DNA from: Blastocystis sp. Blastoise
Taxonomy: Eukaryota > Protista > Bigyra: Opalinata
DNA: 64,000 bases
Direction of reading: 5' to 3'
NCBI GenBank assembly: GCA_039096225.1
Contig: JBBPEB010000006.1
Coordinates: 806,001-870,000 of the forward strand
The number at the start of each line of letters is the position of its first letter. Positions within the stretch are counted from its first letter, which is position 1. A model generated the notes under the pieces. That model had not been told where the DNA came from, did no database searches, and was given only the letters and a program-made list of their open reading frames with translations. Positions 38,883 through 63,762 of the stretch are shown here, one piece after another. The translations under genes were made by a program, and so were the position numbers.

Positions 38883-39029
38883 TGTTAATCAATAAATTAA
38901 TAAAATAGCTTTTAATAAACTTTAATTTTTAAATTAAATAATTTATGAAGAAGTATTAAAACATATTTTCAAAGAGAGTCGTTAAACATGATAAACATCA
39001 AAGAAGAAAATAGAAAAGAAAAGAAAAAG

Positions 39030-39084
39030 AGAATAGCCTAGAATATTCGAGAACACGGTTCTTTCAACAATTCTAGGCTATTCT
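39030..39084. promoter_or_regulatory. Heat-shock element within a 15-bp inverted repeat in the shared sHSP promoter
   Basis: aGAAt aTTCg aGAAc at 39040-39054; IR arms agaatagcctagaat (39030-39044) and attctaggctattct (39070-39084). Confidence 0.75.
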
Positions 39085-39182
39085 TCACATTATTTCATGG
39101 GAAAAAGAAAGACAATAAAAGTCATAAATCATAAATTGATTGGTCATTTATCAGAGATAAATCAATTTATTGGTTCTTCTAT

Positions 39183-39217
39183 AGAATCTTCCAGTAAATT
39201 CTAGATAGTTCCAGAAT
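39183..39217. promoter_or_regulatory. Extended 7-unit heat-shock element upstream of the + strand sHSP
   Basis: aGAAt cTTCc aGTAa aTTCt aGATa gTTCc aGAAt (5 perfect and 2 one-mismatch pentamers in register). Confidence 0.8.
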
Positions 39218-39317
39218 ACAAAAACAATAATTCATACATGAAAAAAAGATCTCCTATATTTTGTCATAATTATTTTTTTAATTAATTAAAAGCGATTTAA
39301 TATTGAGTAATAAAAAA

Positions 39318-39878
39318 ATGTCTTTTATTTTTGATGGTTTATTTAATGATCCTATTGATGATCTCTTTGATACTATGTACAGACCTTTAAGAATGCGTCG
39401 TCATTTACTTGCTAATCCTTGTGGTGATAAGATTTGTAATGAATGTGATCATGCTTGTAAGAAAGGAAAGAAGAATATGAAGTCCAATGAATCTGATCAA
39501 TGCTTATGTACTATACCTAAAGGTGATTTGATTAATCCTTTCTATGGTTTTGGACGTATGGATATCAAAGAAAATAAAGATAACTATGAAGTTCACGCTG
39601 ATTTACCTGGTATGGAAAAAGATCAAATTGATGTGAATATAAAGGATAATATGATAACAATTGGTTGTGAACGAAAGGAAGAAAAGAAAGAAGATGACGA
39701 TGAAAAACATTATCATTATTCTGAACGTCATTTTGGTACTTATAAGAGAAGTATGTCTATTCCTGATGATATTGATGCAGAACATATTACTGCTGAATAT
39801 ACAAATGGTGTTTTAAAAGTCACTATTCCTAAAACAAAAGTTGCTGAAAAAGAAACTAAAAAAATTACTATTCAGTAA
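39318..39878 (+). CDS. Small heat-shock protein (HSP20), paralog of the divergent gene
   Basis: DIKENKDNYEVHADLPGMEKDQI...ERHFGTYKRSMSIPDDID..ITAEYTNGVLKVTIPK; first ATG at 39318. Confidence 0.95.
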   Translation: MSFIFDGLFNDPIDDLFDTMYRPLRMRRHLLANPCGDKICNECDHACKKGKKNMKSNESDQCLCTIPKGDLINPFYGFGRMDIKENKDNYEVHADLPGMEKDQIDVNIKDNMITIGCERKEEKKEDDDEKHYHYSERHFGTYKRSMSIPDDIDAEHITAEYTNGVLKVTIPKTKVAEKETKKITIQ

Positions 39879-40398
39879 ATTATTAGCTTTGCATTTTCTT
39901 TATATTTTGTCTGTTGTATTATTAGTTATTATTGTTATTCTTTTGATGTTTTCAAATATATTTTGATTCTATTGTATTGTTTAGTTGTTTTATTGTGAAT
40001 AAAATATATATAAAGAAGTTATAGAGTATGTAAATAGTAGAAGGAGAATAGAAAAAAAAACAAATAATTATATTTGAAAAAATAAATTACAATAGAACTG
40101 CACTACAAATTATATATAAATAAATATTACTTTATAATTTCTATATATTAGCAAATGAATATATATATGACTGAATAACAAGAATCCTTTAAACAGAAAG
40201 AATATATATATATAAATGTATATATAGAATAAATAAAGTATAGAAAAGAAGAACTAAATATGAATACTATTTACAATAAGCAAGAGAAAAAAAAGTGAAA
40301 AAAAAATTGTAAAAATAAATATTTATAATATGAACACTATATCTATAAAATGAAATAAATTTGTATCAATAATAGTATCAGAATAAATATATTCTTGT

Positions 40399-42634
<2,236 letters not shown>

Positions 42635-43919
42635 ATCTTAATAAATAATTTTATGTATAAAAATAATATGTAAATGATAAAACAAGTATTTCTTCAACAC
42701 TGACTCACTTTTTCTGTAAAATGTGAAGATATGAATATATGATTGTATTCCAGCTATTTTCAAATATGTCCCGTGATTACCAGGAAAAAAAGAATCTGTT
42801 TATTCTTATAAGATGAACAAATCATTACTATTATTTTATTGGCCTATAATACAGATGGTTCATCCAATCCATGATAATCTTATCAGGAAAATGAAATTCG
42901 ATTCTCAGCTTTTTCTCATTCAATTTCAATATTAAATATTATTTATATATTATAGAAATATAATGGAGTAAATGTAGTTTAATAGGACATATTTTGATTG
43001 CTTCTTTTTGCCATAATTCTAAGCTATTACAGAGTTATACGTAGTCGTTCTTATCATAGTATAATCGATAAACAATAGCGTGAATATATTATTATATTTC
43101 TAACGTTTTTAATATGAATAGCATTGCTTTCATTCTTGTAATAAAAATTATAGATGGGTATCCTTTGTTTATGATATTTGCAATCGTCTTCAATAATTCT
43201 TTAGAATAGTATAGAAGTGCTATCCATAGTATTTACTCGTCTATTAATCATGAGTCATTTCAATTACTTTTAAATTATCAAGTAATTAATGAATTCAGTC
43301 TCCTTATGGCTCAAGTATCTTTACGATAATATCATTACATAAAAGAATGGACAACAATTATCCATTAACGAATAAAAACACAAGAAATAAGAATTGATAT
43401 TTCAAGCAATAAACTATTTTCACTTAGAGTGAATTGAACAAGGTTTCATATCAATTAATATTTCGATAATCAGGAATAAAGAAAAAACAATAAACTTGAT
43501 GACGTTTCAAAAATAAAATTTTCATATGGATCGACTTTGTGTACTCGAGACAATTTTGAGATTCCCACGGGAGGAGCCGATCAAGCCATTCCATTTCCTT
43601 CGTAATTTCTCATAAAAGTTTAGATTTAAAAAAAATTGGATTCTTTGAATAAATGAATAATCACGAATAATTTTGTATTTCTGGGGTTTTTAATTATTTT
43701 TTCATGAACAAATAAAAGACAAATTCGAGAGAAAAACTCCAGACAATAGTTTGACTATTTTTCAACTCCAGACAACAAAACTATAGGGAATCTAAATTAT
43801 CGCGGAAATAATGACATTTTGGCAGAACATTTAAATTGAGTCTAAAGAAAAATCAAATATAGACAGGTTATTTGTTATATATTTAAATACAGGCTATATA
43901 AGTGTTCTATTCAGATATA

Positions 43920-46900
43920 ATGATTAAAAAATACGAATCAATGTTTAAAGAACAAAATTTTTCTAATATTTATTCAACATTAGACCCCATTATGGTAGTA
44001 TATGTCTTTAATATATGTTATTTAATTAATAAACACGTATAGGCATCTGATCATAGTGATAGACGAACAAATCCGTTAACTTCAACAACAGCCAGTGGAT
44101 TGCAATATGCAGATGGAAAGCTAAGAACAAAGGTAGATGATTCCAACAATTGTAATGGGTTCTACAGAGTGACTGATACTCCTAAATATATATTGTATAA
44201 AAATTTAATATTCGCTCAAATGAATGGCATTCCCAATGTGATAGACTCTTTGGATGAAGTTGAGATTTTTATTCGTAAGTATAGTCATGATATGGGCTAC
44301 TCATTAAGAGTAATCAGAAGTTCAAGTATGAACATTATTTATGGATGCCCAATTAAGATGTGCAACTTCGTTTGTGAATATAGATATGAAAAAGGTTCGT
44401 TTAATTTAGTCAAATATCACATACATGATACAAACGTATATATATCTATTTATTAGTATTAATTTATATTTTTTCTTCTTTATATATAATACTATTTAAA
44501 AGAAAATTATAATAATATTTTATGGATTCAAATATATATTTATATATATTTATATATATTTATTCTCTAGAAGTGTTCTAGATTTCAAAGTAAACTTGTT
44601 TTCTTAACTAAGAAAGGAAATATACCTCAAAAAATATATGATAAATACTATAGAATAGATACTAGTAATAATAATGATGAAAATACTATACCTGATAATA
44701 CTGGAAACGAAAGTAAGGTTTCTTTATCTATTAATGAAAATAATAACGAAGAAGAAGAATCAGATTGTTCTATAAATGAAATTGAATTTCTCCTGACGAA
44801 TAGCAACAAATCTAATGATGAACTAATAGATGATGAAATCTATTTAATGGATGATATTGAATCAGAAGTTACTCCTGAGGAAAAGAAAGTGATTGATATG
44901 TTAGCAAATGATAATACTTCTAATAATAATAACGGTCTTCTCTATACAATAAGCCAAATAGGGACTTCAAATATTACTGCTAATTCCAATATAGATGTTA
45001 TAAACACTATTAATGAAGAACCATTAGTAGATAAGAATGTAACAACTTCATTTATGGAATTACTCCAATCTGAGTCAGATGTCACTATTGATGCCTTTTT
45101 GAATGATACTAAGAATGATAAAAATAGTTTTACCTTTATTCCTTATCAAAATAGAAAGCTATTTAACGATCCTATGAATATTGTCTTCCTAAATAGGTAT
45201 CTACATCTTAATAAGAGTTACTTCCTTAATAAGCCTATAAATAATATTAGAAGTATTATAGAAGATACATTTCCTTCAATCAAAACTAATTATATATATA
45301 AGGCTTCAAAAACATTCCTCTCTAATGATAATAGCTCCACTTCGTATATTCCGTCAATCATTGAAGAAATAAATCGTATTAATCCAAATAATAAGGCATT
45401 TTATATGCTATGTCCAAAAAAGACTACTGACTACTCAAAACACTTCTCCAAGAATATATATGAGCAAATCCTTTCTGAAGAATACTTGGCAAAAGATTCA
45501 GCCCTCCTGTGTTGCGGTACTATAGTTTATGAAAATATTCCTCTTATTGCAAAGGGGCCATATATATTATTTTTAGATGGTACCTTCTTAAGCGTAGGAT
45601 CAATGGTTACTTTAGTAATAACAAGTATATATATATATATTTCTATATATTTTATATACGTTTTTATATCTATATATTTCTATATATATTTCTATATCCT
45701 TTTCTATATATATTTCTATTTCTATATATATTTCCATATCCTTTTCTATATCCTTTTCTATATCTATATATATTTCTATATATATTTCTGTATCCTTTTC
45801 TATATCCTTTTCTATATCTATATATATTTCTATATATATTTCTATATCCTTTTCTATATCCTTTTCTATATCCTTTTCTATATCTATATATATATCTATA
45901 TATATTTCTATATATATTTCTATAACTGTTTTTATATCTATATATATTTCTATAACTGTTTCTATATCTATATATATTTCTATATATATATCTATATATA
46001 TTTCTATATATATTTCTATATCCTTTTCTATGTATATTTCTATTTCTATATATATTTCTATATCTATATATATTTCTATATATATTTCTATATCTATATA
46101 TATTTCTATATATATTTCTATAACTGTTTTTATATCTATATATATTTCTATATATATTTCTATATATATTCTATATATATTTCTATAACTGCTTCTATAC
46201 CTATATATATTTCTATATATATTTCTATATCCTTTTCTATATATATATATCTATTTCTATATACATTTCTATATATATATCTAGAGCTGTTTTTATATCT
46301 ATATATATTTCTATATATATTTTTATATGTGTTTATATATTTGTTTCTATAGCTGTTTTTATATCTATATATATATCTATATATATTTCTATATGTGTTT
46401 ATATATATGTTTCTATAGCTGTTTTTATATCTATACATATTTCTATATATGTTTCTATCAATATATTTCTATTTATATATTTCAATGTATATTCTATATA
46501 TGTTTCTATAGCTGTTTATATATCCATATATATTTATACATATATATATGTATTTCTATATATATTCCTACATATATGTATTCATTTTTTTATATGTTTA
46601 TATGTGTTTATATATATATTTCTATATATGTTTTTATATACATATTATGCTTATATATCTTTATATATATTTCTATATATATTTGTACCTTATATATATT
46701 TATCTATATAAATATATATGTTTCTCTCTATATGTTTATATATATATATATATTTTTATATCTCTATCTATATATTTCTGTGAATAGGTGTTAATCTCAA
46801 CCACGAGAGTATATGTTTAGCATATGGCTTCTTCCCATCGGAAAGTGAGGCTTCTTGGAGTATTTTATTACAAAGATTTCTTGGCGCCTTAAATACCTAT

Positions 46901-47670
46901 TTTGATACTACTCCTACCTTTACTGTCATTTCTGATCAGGCGAAAGGGATCTCATCAGCTGTAAGTCACTGTTGTCCGTCGTGGCCTCATGTCTTCTGTT
47001 TATTCCATTTACTTCAAGAGTTTAATACAATGAGGCCCTTAGAGAAATTAGAATGTAAAGAGGCCTATCAATGCAAAAATGAAAATGAGCTGGAAAGTCA
47101 CCTAAAAAACATCAAGAATACAGAAGCTAGAAAAAAAATTGATGAGATGTGGCACTATAATAACTCTCAGAGAATTCGTTGTGAATCATCAATTTGTGAA
47201 TGGTATGTGGCGTCAAGCGTAGCAGAAAGTTATAATAGGCTGTTGAAAAAATATAGGTCTCTTCCAATTCACTTAATAATGATATTTATATTTAATCAAA
47301 CACTAACGAAACAGATGAAAATAAAAGATACCATTAATCCTGGCTTAAAATATCTTCCTTTTTTTACAAAAATGGTTACTAAATCCCTCAATAAAACACA
47401 TGAAGTTGTTTATAAAGAAGATAAGGGATACGTGTCTTTTAGTGATGGAAAAGTTTATACTGTTGATTTATATAGGAAGACGTGTACCTGTTTCTCATTT
47501 CAAAATCTCCTTATGCCTTGTAAACATGCTGCTGTACTTATTAACTACTGTCTTGAAAAGAACATTATTATGGAAAGCGATATATATCAATTATGCTCTG
47601 GTTCGTTAAACAATACCTATTATGAAACGTATTATAATTATAAGCCACAGTATATATATATATATATATA

Positions 47671-47739
<69 letters not shown>

Positions 47740-47882
47740 CTCTATTATATCTATTATATCTATTATATCTATTATATCTATTATATCTATTATCTCTACT
47801 ATTATGTTTATTGTCTTTTATATTATGATTATAACTACTACTATTATTATATCCACCGTTTTTATTGTTATTATATCTTCTT

Positions 47883-47915
<33 letters not shown>

Positions 47916-48137
47916 TATAGTCAATTAATAGGAACAGATTTTTTGATTTTATCAAATCCACCAATATGGCCACCATTATATGCTATTAGAAAAAGAGGAC
48001 CAAGTAGAAAAAATAGATACAAAAAGATTTGTGAGAAGAAAAGAACTTTTTCTGCCAAAAAACGTTATTGTAGAAGGTCGTTTGAAGAAAAAGTGAATAT
48101 TTTTGATTTTTCCAAATTTGATAAGTTTAGTAATTAA
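43920..48137 (+). CDS. MuDR-type transposase, 5 exons, apparently intact
   Basis: Zn-finger-like DBD (YGCPIKMCNF...HIH), LFLDGTF (D1), ESEASW, VISDQAKGI (D2), CLFH, VAESYN (E), SWIM finger CTC..FQNLLMPCKH, basic tail; splice phases are compatible; the start codon is less certain. Confidence 0.88.
45625..46787 (+). repeat. 1163-nt intron of degenerate TTTCTATATATA-type repeats within the MULE transposase gene
   Basis: GT at 45625 and AG at 46786-46787 join LVIT-S-VNLNHES in frame. Confidence 0.8.
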
Positions 48138-50745
48138 TATATCCTTTAATTATTATTATATACTATATATATATTATTTTATTTATTTTTTCATTTTATT
48201 TTAGTAGGGACCTTATGAATTCCTTATTTTAAAATAATTATTCTTATATATTCGTTACATATACAAGTTCAGTGAATTGTTATATATATATATATTATTC
48301 ACATATTTGCTTTTTTATTTCATATATATAATTATATATATATATCTATTGATTTATTTATAAATTTCATATATATTTATTGATTTATTAATATATTTTA
48401 TTATGTTACTTTTAAGAATAACTTTCATTATATAATAGATTGTTCATGATCTTTAAGTATCTATTTTTCAGTTATTTCAAATTAGCTTTGTTTAGAAAAA
48501 TTATATTTACTATATTTCAATTGTTTTAACAATAAATATGATTAATATGACTCTACAGGTATATAAGACTCCGACAATTCATTTCCATTCCCTGAGTAAC
48601 TTAATAGAAAGCAAATTATTAGCTCTATATATAGCAAAGGATCTATGTGTTTTATACGCCATTAAATAAAAACTCTTAAGATAATATTCAACATAATTCA
48701 TTTAGATCATGTTAACCATATGTTTTGTTTTTAGTTTTGATATATACAGTAACATTGTATTGACCGTATAATTGCATAGTTTTCCCTTAGTAGTTGAAAG
48801 TGCAGCGAACTGTAATTCAAATGGATTTCCTTTAAATGAACTTCTTCCTATTAACCCATCATGCTGCTAAAAGAGTCTGATTTGTGTTATTTCAACAAGT
48901 ATTTATAGTAATTCATATAATCATATCAAAGAAAAACCTTTTTTTTTCTTAATTCAAATATTAAAATAGTCTTTAAAATTTATATCTATATTTCAATCAT
49001 ATTTATCATTTAATAGTCATTTATAAACTAGTAAACTCCACAATTAGCTTAGTACAAATTGCATTGTTTATAATATTTTCCATATTATGTGCATCTATTA
49101 TTGCTATTACGTGATTAATTGCACTTTAATCATAGTATAATATCTTTGCATCATAAAAAAACAATAATCATGAACTTAATTTATAAATTATGAAATAAAT
49201 ATTTTTTATTATTAATAATGAAATGGTGGTGATAGCAAAGAATATTACATCATAATCAAGTAGTATTAGCTACTAAATGAGTTAGCATTTTTTTTTCAAC
49301 ATTTCATTTTAAATTATTATCCATATTTTTTCATAATATTGAATTTGTATAAGCATTTGATTGCATATATTGTATATAAAATAAAAAAATAACGATAATT
49401 ATTTTAGCATGATTACCTTAATTGACTAGTTTATTTGTATAGATACTTCTAATGTTTGTAAAAGCCTTGTTTGAATACAAAAATATATATTTTTTTAATT
49501 AATACAATAGAAAATTAATTATAAAATGAAAATAGAGAATTGAGGTAAAGTGTTTACTGTAAATTTCTTTTTTTGTTTACTTTTTATATTAATTTATTAT
49601 TTATTTGATATATTTGTTATAAAGACACTATAATACTGCTAGTGATAAGCTTTTAATCATACTTATGATCTTTGTTTGTTTTTTACATATACATATTTGG
49701 AATATATAATTATTGATAGCAGTATTTTGTATTATCTATACTCTAGATGAATTATGAATGTCTGTCTATTGATTATTAATTAAGAAAAAGAATCATTTCA
49801 ACGTCATGTTATATGATTAATTAGTAAATTAGCCGTTGCTGGAGTTGGATCTTTTTTTCATCTACTTTGACAAATATCATAATAAATAAGACTTGATGAT
49901 ACGAACATCTATATGCATAAACAATTTTATTTGCATTTGCCATTCTTAGATATGTAGATTTCTTGGTAAATATGTTTTGTTTACAATTGTAGTGGTAACT
50001 TATGTTCATTTCATCACTATTTAGTTAAAAATGTTTAATATGAACAATTATCAATTAATGAAAAATAATAGTTTATTTAGAGACACCACTTTGACTCATT
50101 GTTATGATATGTCTTATGTTGAAGCATAGCGTCATTAAGGTATCTGTAAACTAAATTAACTTCAATGTTACAAATGCTTTGCTTAATTTGCTTCTCTTTT
50201 GTTATAACTACTAAACAATTGTTTGTATTACATAAATTATAGTTTATAATACTATATAACATACTATATAAAGAATCTAATTCATACGATTGATATAGAG
50301 TTACTAAAGCATTCCTAGTTTGTTATAACTATGGCAATATATCTATATATAGTGTCTATAATGCTTTATATATAATAGTCTGTGATCTCTAATAATTAAT
50401 AAATATATAATAATTCCCCGTAAATATTCCATTGATAGGCATAACAACGTAGTTAAATAGAAGCCGCCCTAAACTATTGTCTGGAGTTAGAAAAGAGTAG
50501 TATTATTGTCTGGAGTATTTAACTCGACAAATTCAAGTACTAACAACAGTATTTTTGGTCAGTTTATGTGGTTTAGCCTTTATATCTTTAAAAGTTATAA
50601 TCGGTATTTTATTCACAAATTAAGTTTCTAGGCAATATAGGTATACTACTTTATTAGCTAACAGTAATTATATTCATTCCTTGGCTGATTTAATTGAACA
50701 AGAAGATTTTATACAGTAAAAAGAGACAGAAAGAGTCGTGCACTA

Positions 50746-57049
<6,304 letters not shown>

Positions 57050-58393
57050 GAAATTATTTTAATATGTATATATATATACTTAAACTTTTCATTATATTAT
57101 ATTCATAAATGAATATAATATAATATTTTTGTTTAATCAATTTTCTATCTACAAGTCGTTTTTGTTGTTTTTTATTTCAAATTTTTCATTTGCTTTCATT
57201 ATCTGGTCATCTATATTCTATTCTCTTATAATTCTTTATCTTTTTGTTTATAGGAGTAAGTTTTTAGATTGTTTTTTTTTTTTTACATTTTTATAAACAT
57301 CTTTTTTTTAATACTTTTCTCTATTTTATCTCCGACTACCTGGTTTTATACTAATTTTATATTATATATATATATATAATTAAATAGTTCGTTTCTTTTT
57401 TCTTTTATATATATATATATAGCAATTCTTCTTTATATAGAAGTATATTTTATTATACATAATTTTTAATTCTATATATTAAAACTCTTTTTCACTTTTT
57501 TTATATTCTTTCTCATTATATATATAAATATCTTTATATATCTTCCTCTTCGTATTTCTCGTTTTTAGCTGTTATCCTAGCAAATAATATATGTTCATTT
57601 GATATATATAACTCTATTTATTAATAGGTTTAGTATATTTGGTTATATTTGTATTACTATAGAATTAAAATTATAATTTGTTTTGTTTTTTAATTATATT
57701 TCTGATTCTATCTTTCATTTTTTTTTTATTTTTTATATTTGTATATATTAATTTTCAATAGTGTTACATCACAATTTGTTTTCTATTTTTATTAATTTAT
57801 ATACATATATTTGACCTTTAATTTATTTATTGAAATTTGCTCTTTTTCTCTTTCATTTTTTTATTATCTTAAATCTGGAAATATATTAGCTTTGATAAGC
57901 TTTCTATACTTTATAATGCTATAAATATTTTGTTTTGTTATATATTATTATGTATATAGATTTATTATTATAATGATTGTTAATATCAGAAATAGATAGT
58001 ATAATAAAAATATGTTTATACTATTTTATTTAGAAACAGATGACGTTAACAAGAAAAGAATTATAAGAGAGAAATTATAAGCAATAATGATTCTTTTTTA
58101 TATAAATGGAAATAATATTATATATAGTATTTTCTTTTGTTGTTATTGATATGATATTTAAATAGCAAAAATGATGTTTATAAAATCAATAGTAGAATAA
58201 TAAAAATAGAACTACCAAACAAAGATTATCATATAATAAAATAATTAACTAACTAGAGAAATGAAAATAAAAATTGAAAAAGAATTTTATTGTGACTGAA
58301 ATGTAAAAAAATATACAGATATTATTATTATATATATATAAAATAATAAAATAAATCTTATAATAATAAATTAACAAACTTATATATATATAA

Positions 58394-58953
58394 TTATTTT
58401 AAAAATGATTCATAATCGTGAATAAGATCTTCCGGAAACGGTCGTGGAGTCCCCGCGGGAATTGATGACTTTTTAGAAGATGATTTCTATAGTTATATAT
58501 ATATTAGATATCATGAATATAATATTTATTATTATTATGTTTATTATGTTTATTATGATTATTATTTAGTATCTATACATCTGATTGTGTTTCTAGCTGT
58601 AAATGATCATATAATAACGCGTCTTTTAATATTCCCACCAATTCATTACGCTCGCTATATTCAAGAACAAATTCTCCGGTATAACCAGTCGTTAACGATA
58701 CACCTATATATATATATATATATATATAGGTTGATAAGAATAGAATATGATATATATATATTAATAAAGATTTATGAAATTGATATAATAAAACTTATAT
58801 ATATATAATACTATTCTAAATATAAAAGAATATAATATAATTATATATATATATAGAAAAAAAATTATAAAAATTATATTTATATATGTATATATATACC
58901 TTCAACTTTAGCATTAGAAGCTTCACCATAACGAATTTTAAATCTATTTGGAA

Positions 58954-59011
<58 letters not shown>

Positions 59012-59129
59012 TTGTCATCATTAATAATATCGATAATGGATCTTATATATAACGGTCGATGATTTCCATTTATGCATATATCTATACACATTTGCTTTGA
59101 AGAATCATTATAAATCTATATATATGATG

Positions 59130-59164
<35 letters not shown>

Positions 59165-60648
59165 CGATTATATATATATATAATAATCAATTAATTCTAT
59201 ATAATCATAATAATATGTAACTAAAATAAATACATATATATACTCTTAAATATCCTTTTTGTTTGTCCTTCCAAGGTATTATTCGATCTACTATAAATCG
59301 CTTACCGCTATTTTCAAGGAATAAAATCTATATATATAATACATAGTATATATAATATAAATATTAAAAAAATATAATATTATATATTATTAAAATATCA
59401 AATATATACTAAATATATATTATAAATATATAATATACAAAATAACATAAAAATATATTTAACAATAAAGCAAATCATAATTATGATATAATATATATAT
59501 AATACATAGTACATATAACATAAAATATATAATATATATATTACATAAACTATATAATACATATATATATATATTACATAAAATAAACAATACATATATA
59601 TACTTTCATTTTCTGTTCAAATAACGTCTTTGCATACGTTTCAGAAAGAATTCGTTGGTGTTCTTTTTCCTGTAATAATGTTTCATACTCACGTGTTAAA
59701 TCAGTACGTGTCTATATAATAAAGAATAGTACATAGACTTAATATAATAATAAATGTAACAGTTATAGTAATAATAATTATAGTAATAATTATAATACTG
59801 AAAGAATTTGTTTATTTTCTTCATCTTTCTGTTGTAATGATTTCTTCAATTCATCCACTTTCAGCTCATATTCAGTCAATTGAGACATCAATGACATTTT
59901 TTCATTCTATATATTATCAAAAACAAATAATATATAGTAGTATAGAAAACACCTATATATATTTATATATATACTTCTACTGTTGTTAAGCTATCTTGTG
60001 TGGAAACTAATTGTGTTTTTGTATCTTCTAGTGATTTCTATTTATAAAAATGATCATAATAAAATAAATTAGTATAATTAACTGTTTAATATATACTATA
60101 TTTTATATATATTTATATACCTCAATTGATTTTATTTCTTCATCTTTCGAAAAATTTAGATCTTGAATACGTAACTCATATTCATTCTTCATTGTTTCCA
60201 TATTATGTCTTAACTCTGCTAGAGCAGTTTCATTATATTCTGGTATCTTTTTGGAATAATTTTCACTCATTCTCATCTTATTAAGTAATGTAGGATTTTG
60301 AATTGGAATTCTATTCATTACTAAAGATATAATATAAATATTAAAATACTGCATCTCCGTTTTTGCCATCTGAAGACTGAGATTCTTTCTTGCTAATGTA
60401 GCTATAGCTTCATCTTTTATAGCAACATCTTCACGTAATCGTTCTACTTCTGCTGATAAAGACTCATTTTGTGCTTGTAATGCCTATTTATAATTTAAAG
60501 TGAAATATATATTTAAAAATTCAATAAAGAATCTAAAATATACATTTGTTTTTATTCTTTCTACAGAAACCAACTTCCTCACTGTTTCTAGCTTAGCAGT
60601 AATAACTTGAATAATACATTCCTGTCCTCTCTCTTGTTGATCTTCCAT
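58394..60648 (-). CDS. Coiled-coil protein with a possible C-terminal PH-like domain, multi-exon
   Basis: MEDQQERGQECII start, heptad-rich exons (ALQAQNESLSAEVERLREDV...), beta-rich C-terminal exons ending PFPEDLIHDYESFLK-TAA, canonical GT-AG sites. Confidence 0.65.
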
Positions 60649-61046
60649 GTGTATTCATAAAGTAATAACAAAAACAAACTGAAATACTAACACCCACTTT
60701 TCAACAAAAAACAGATTTTTTTCAGAAAAACCAGTTTCATTCTTTTTTAATTTTAGTCTCATTTACATTCTTTTTATCCAACCTGACTGTATTTTTATGA
60801 ATTTTGTCTTTCTTTATAATTATTTTAGTTATACATTCACAGAAATAAAACTGGTCAGTTAGAATTATGGGTAAAAAAAGTTATTATCTGTTTTATTTAA
60901 GCATTTTTTATGATGCAGACAGCATACTATCTGTTGAGATCACACTTATTACAATACATCAATCATAATAACAAAAACATTATAATAATTTATTAATGGA
61001 TAGAATTGTTTTTAGATTGGAAGTGGATAATATATCCAAGTATAAC

Positions 61047-63762
<2,716 letters not shown>

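Larger units (their letters stand above)
43727..50525 (+). mobile_element. Mutator-like (MULE/MuDR) DNA transposon, 6799 bp
   Basis: Perfect 9-bp TSD gacaaattc at 43718-43726 and 50526-50534; ends GAG...CTC; imperfect ~60-bp TIRs, each with two ACTCCAGACAA boxes; encodes a MULE transposase. Confidence 0.93.

Noticed and set aside
45625-46794. YIYF-rich ORFs (tail of 44847..46352, and 46160..46438, 46327..46794, 46548..46787)
   Set aside because: They lie inside the repeat intron of the MULE transposase; splicing it out restores the catalytic domain
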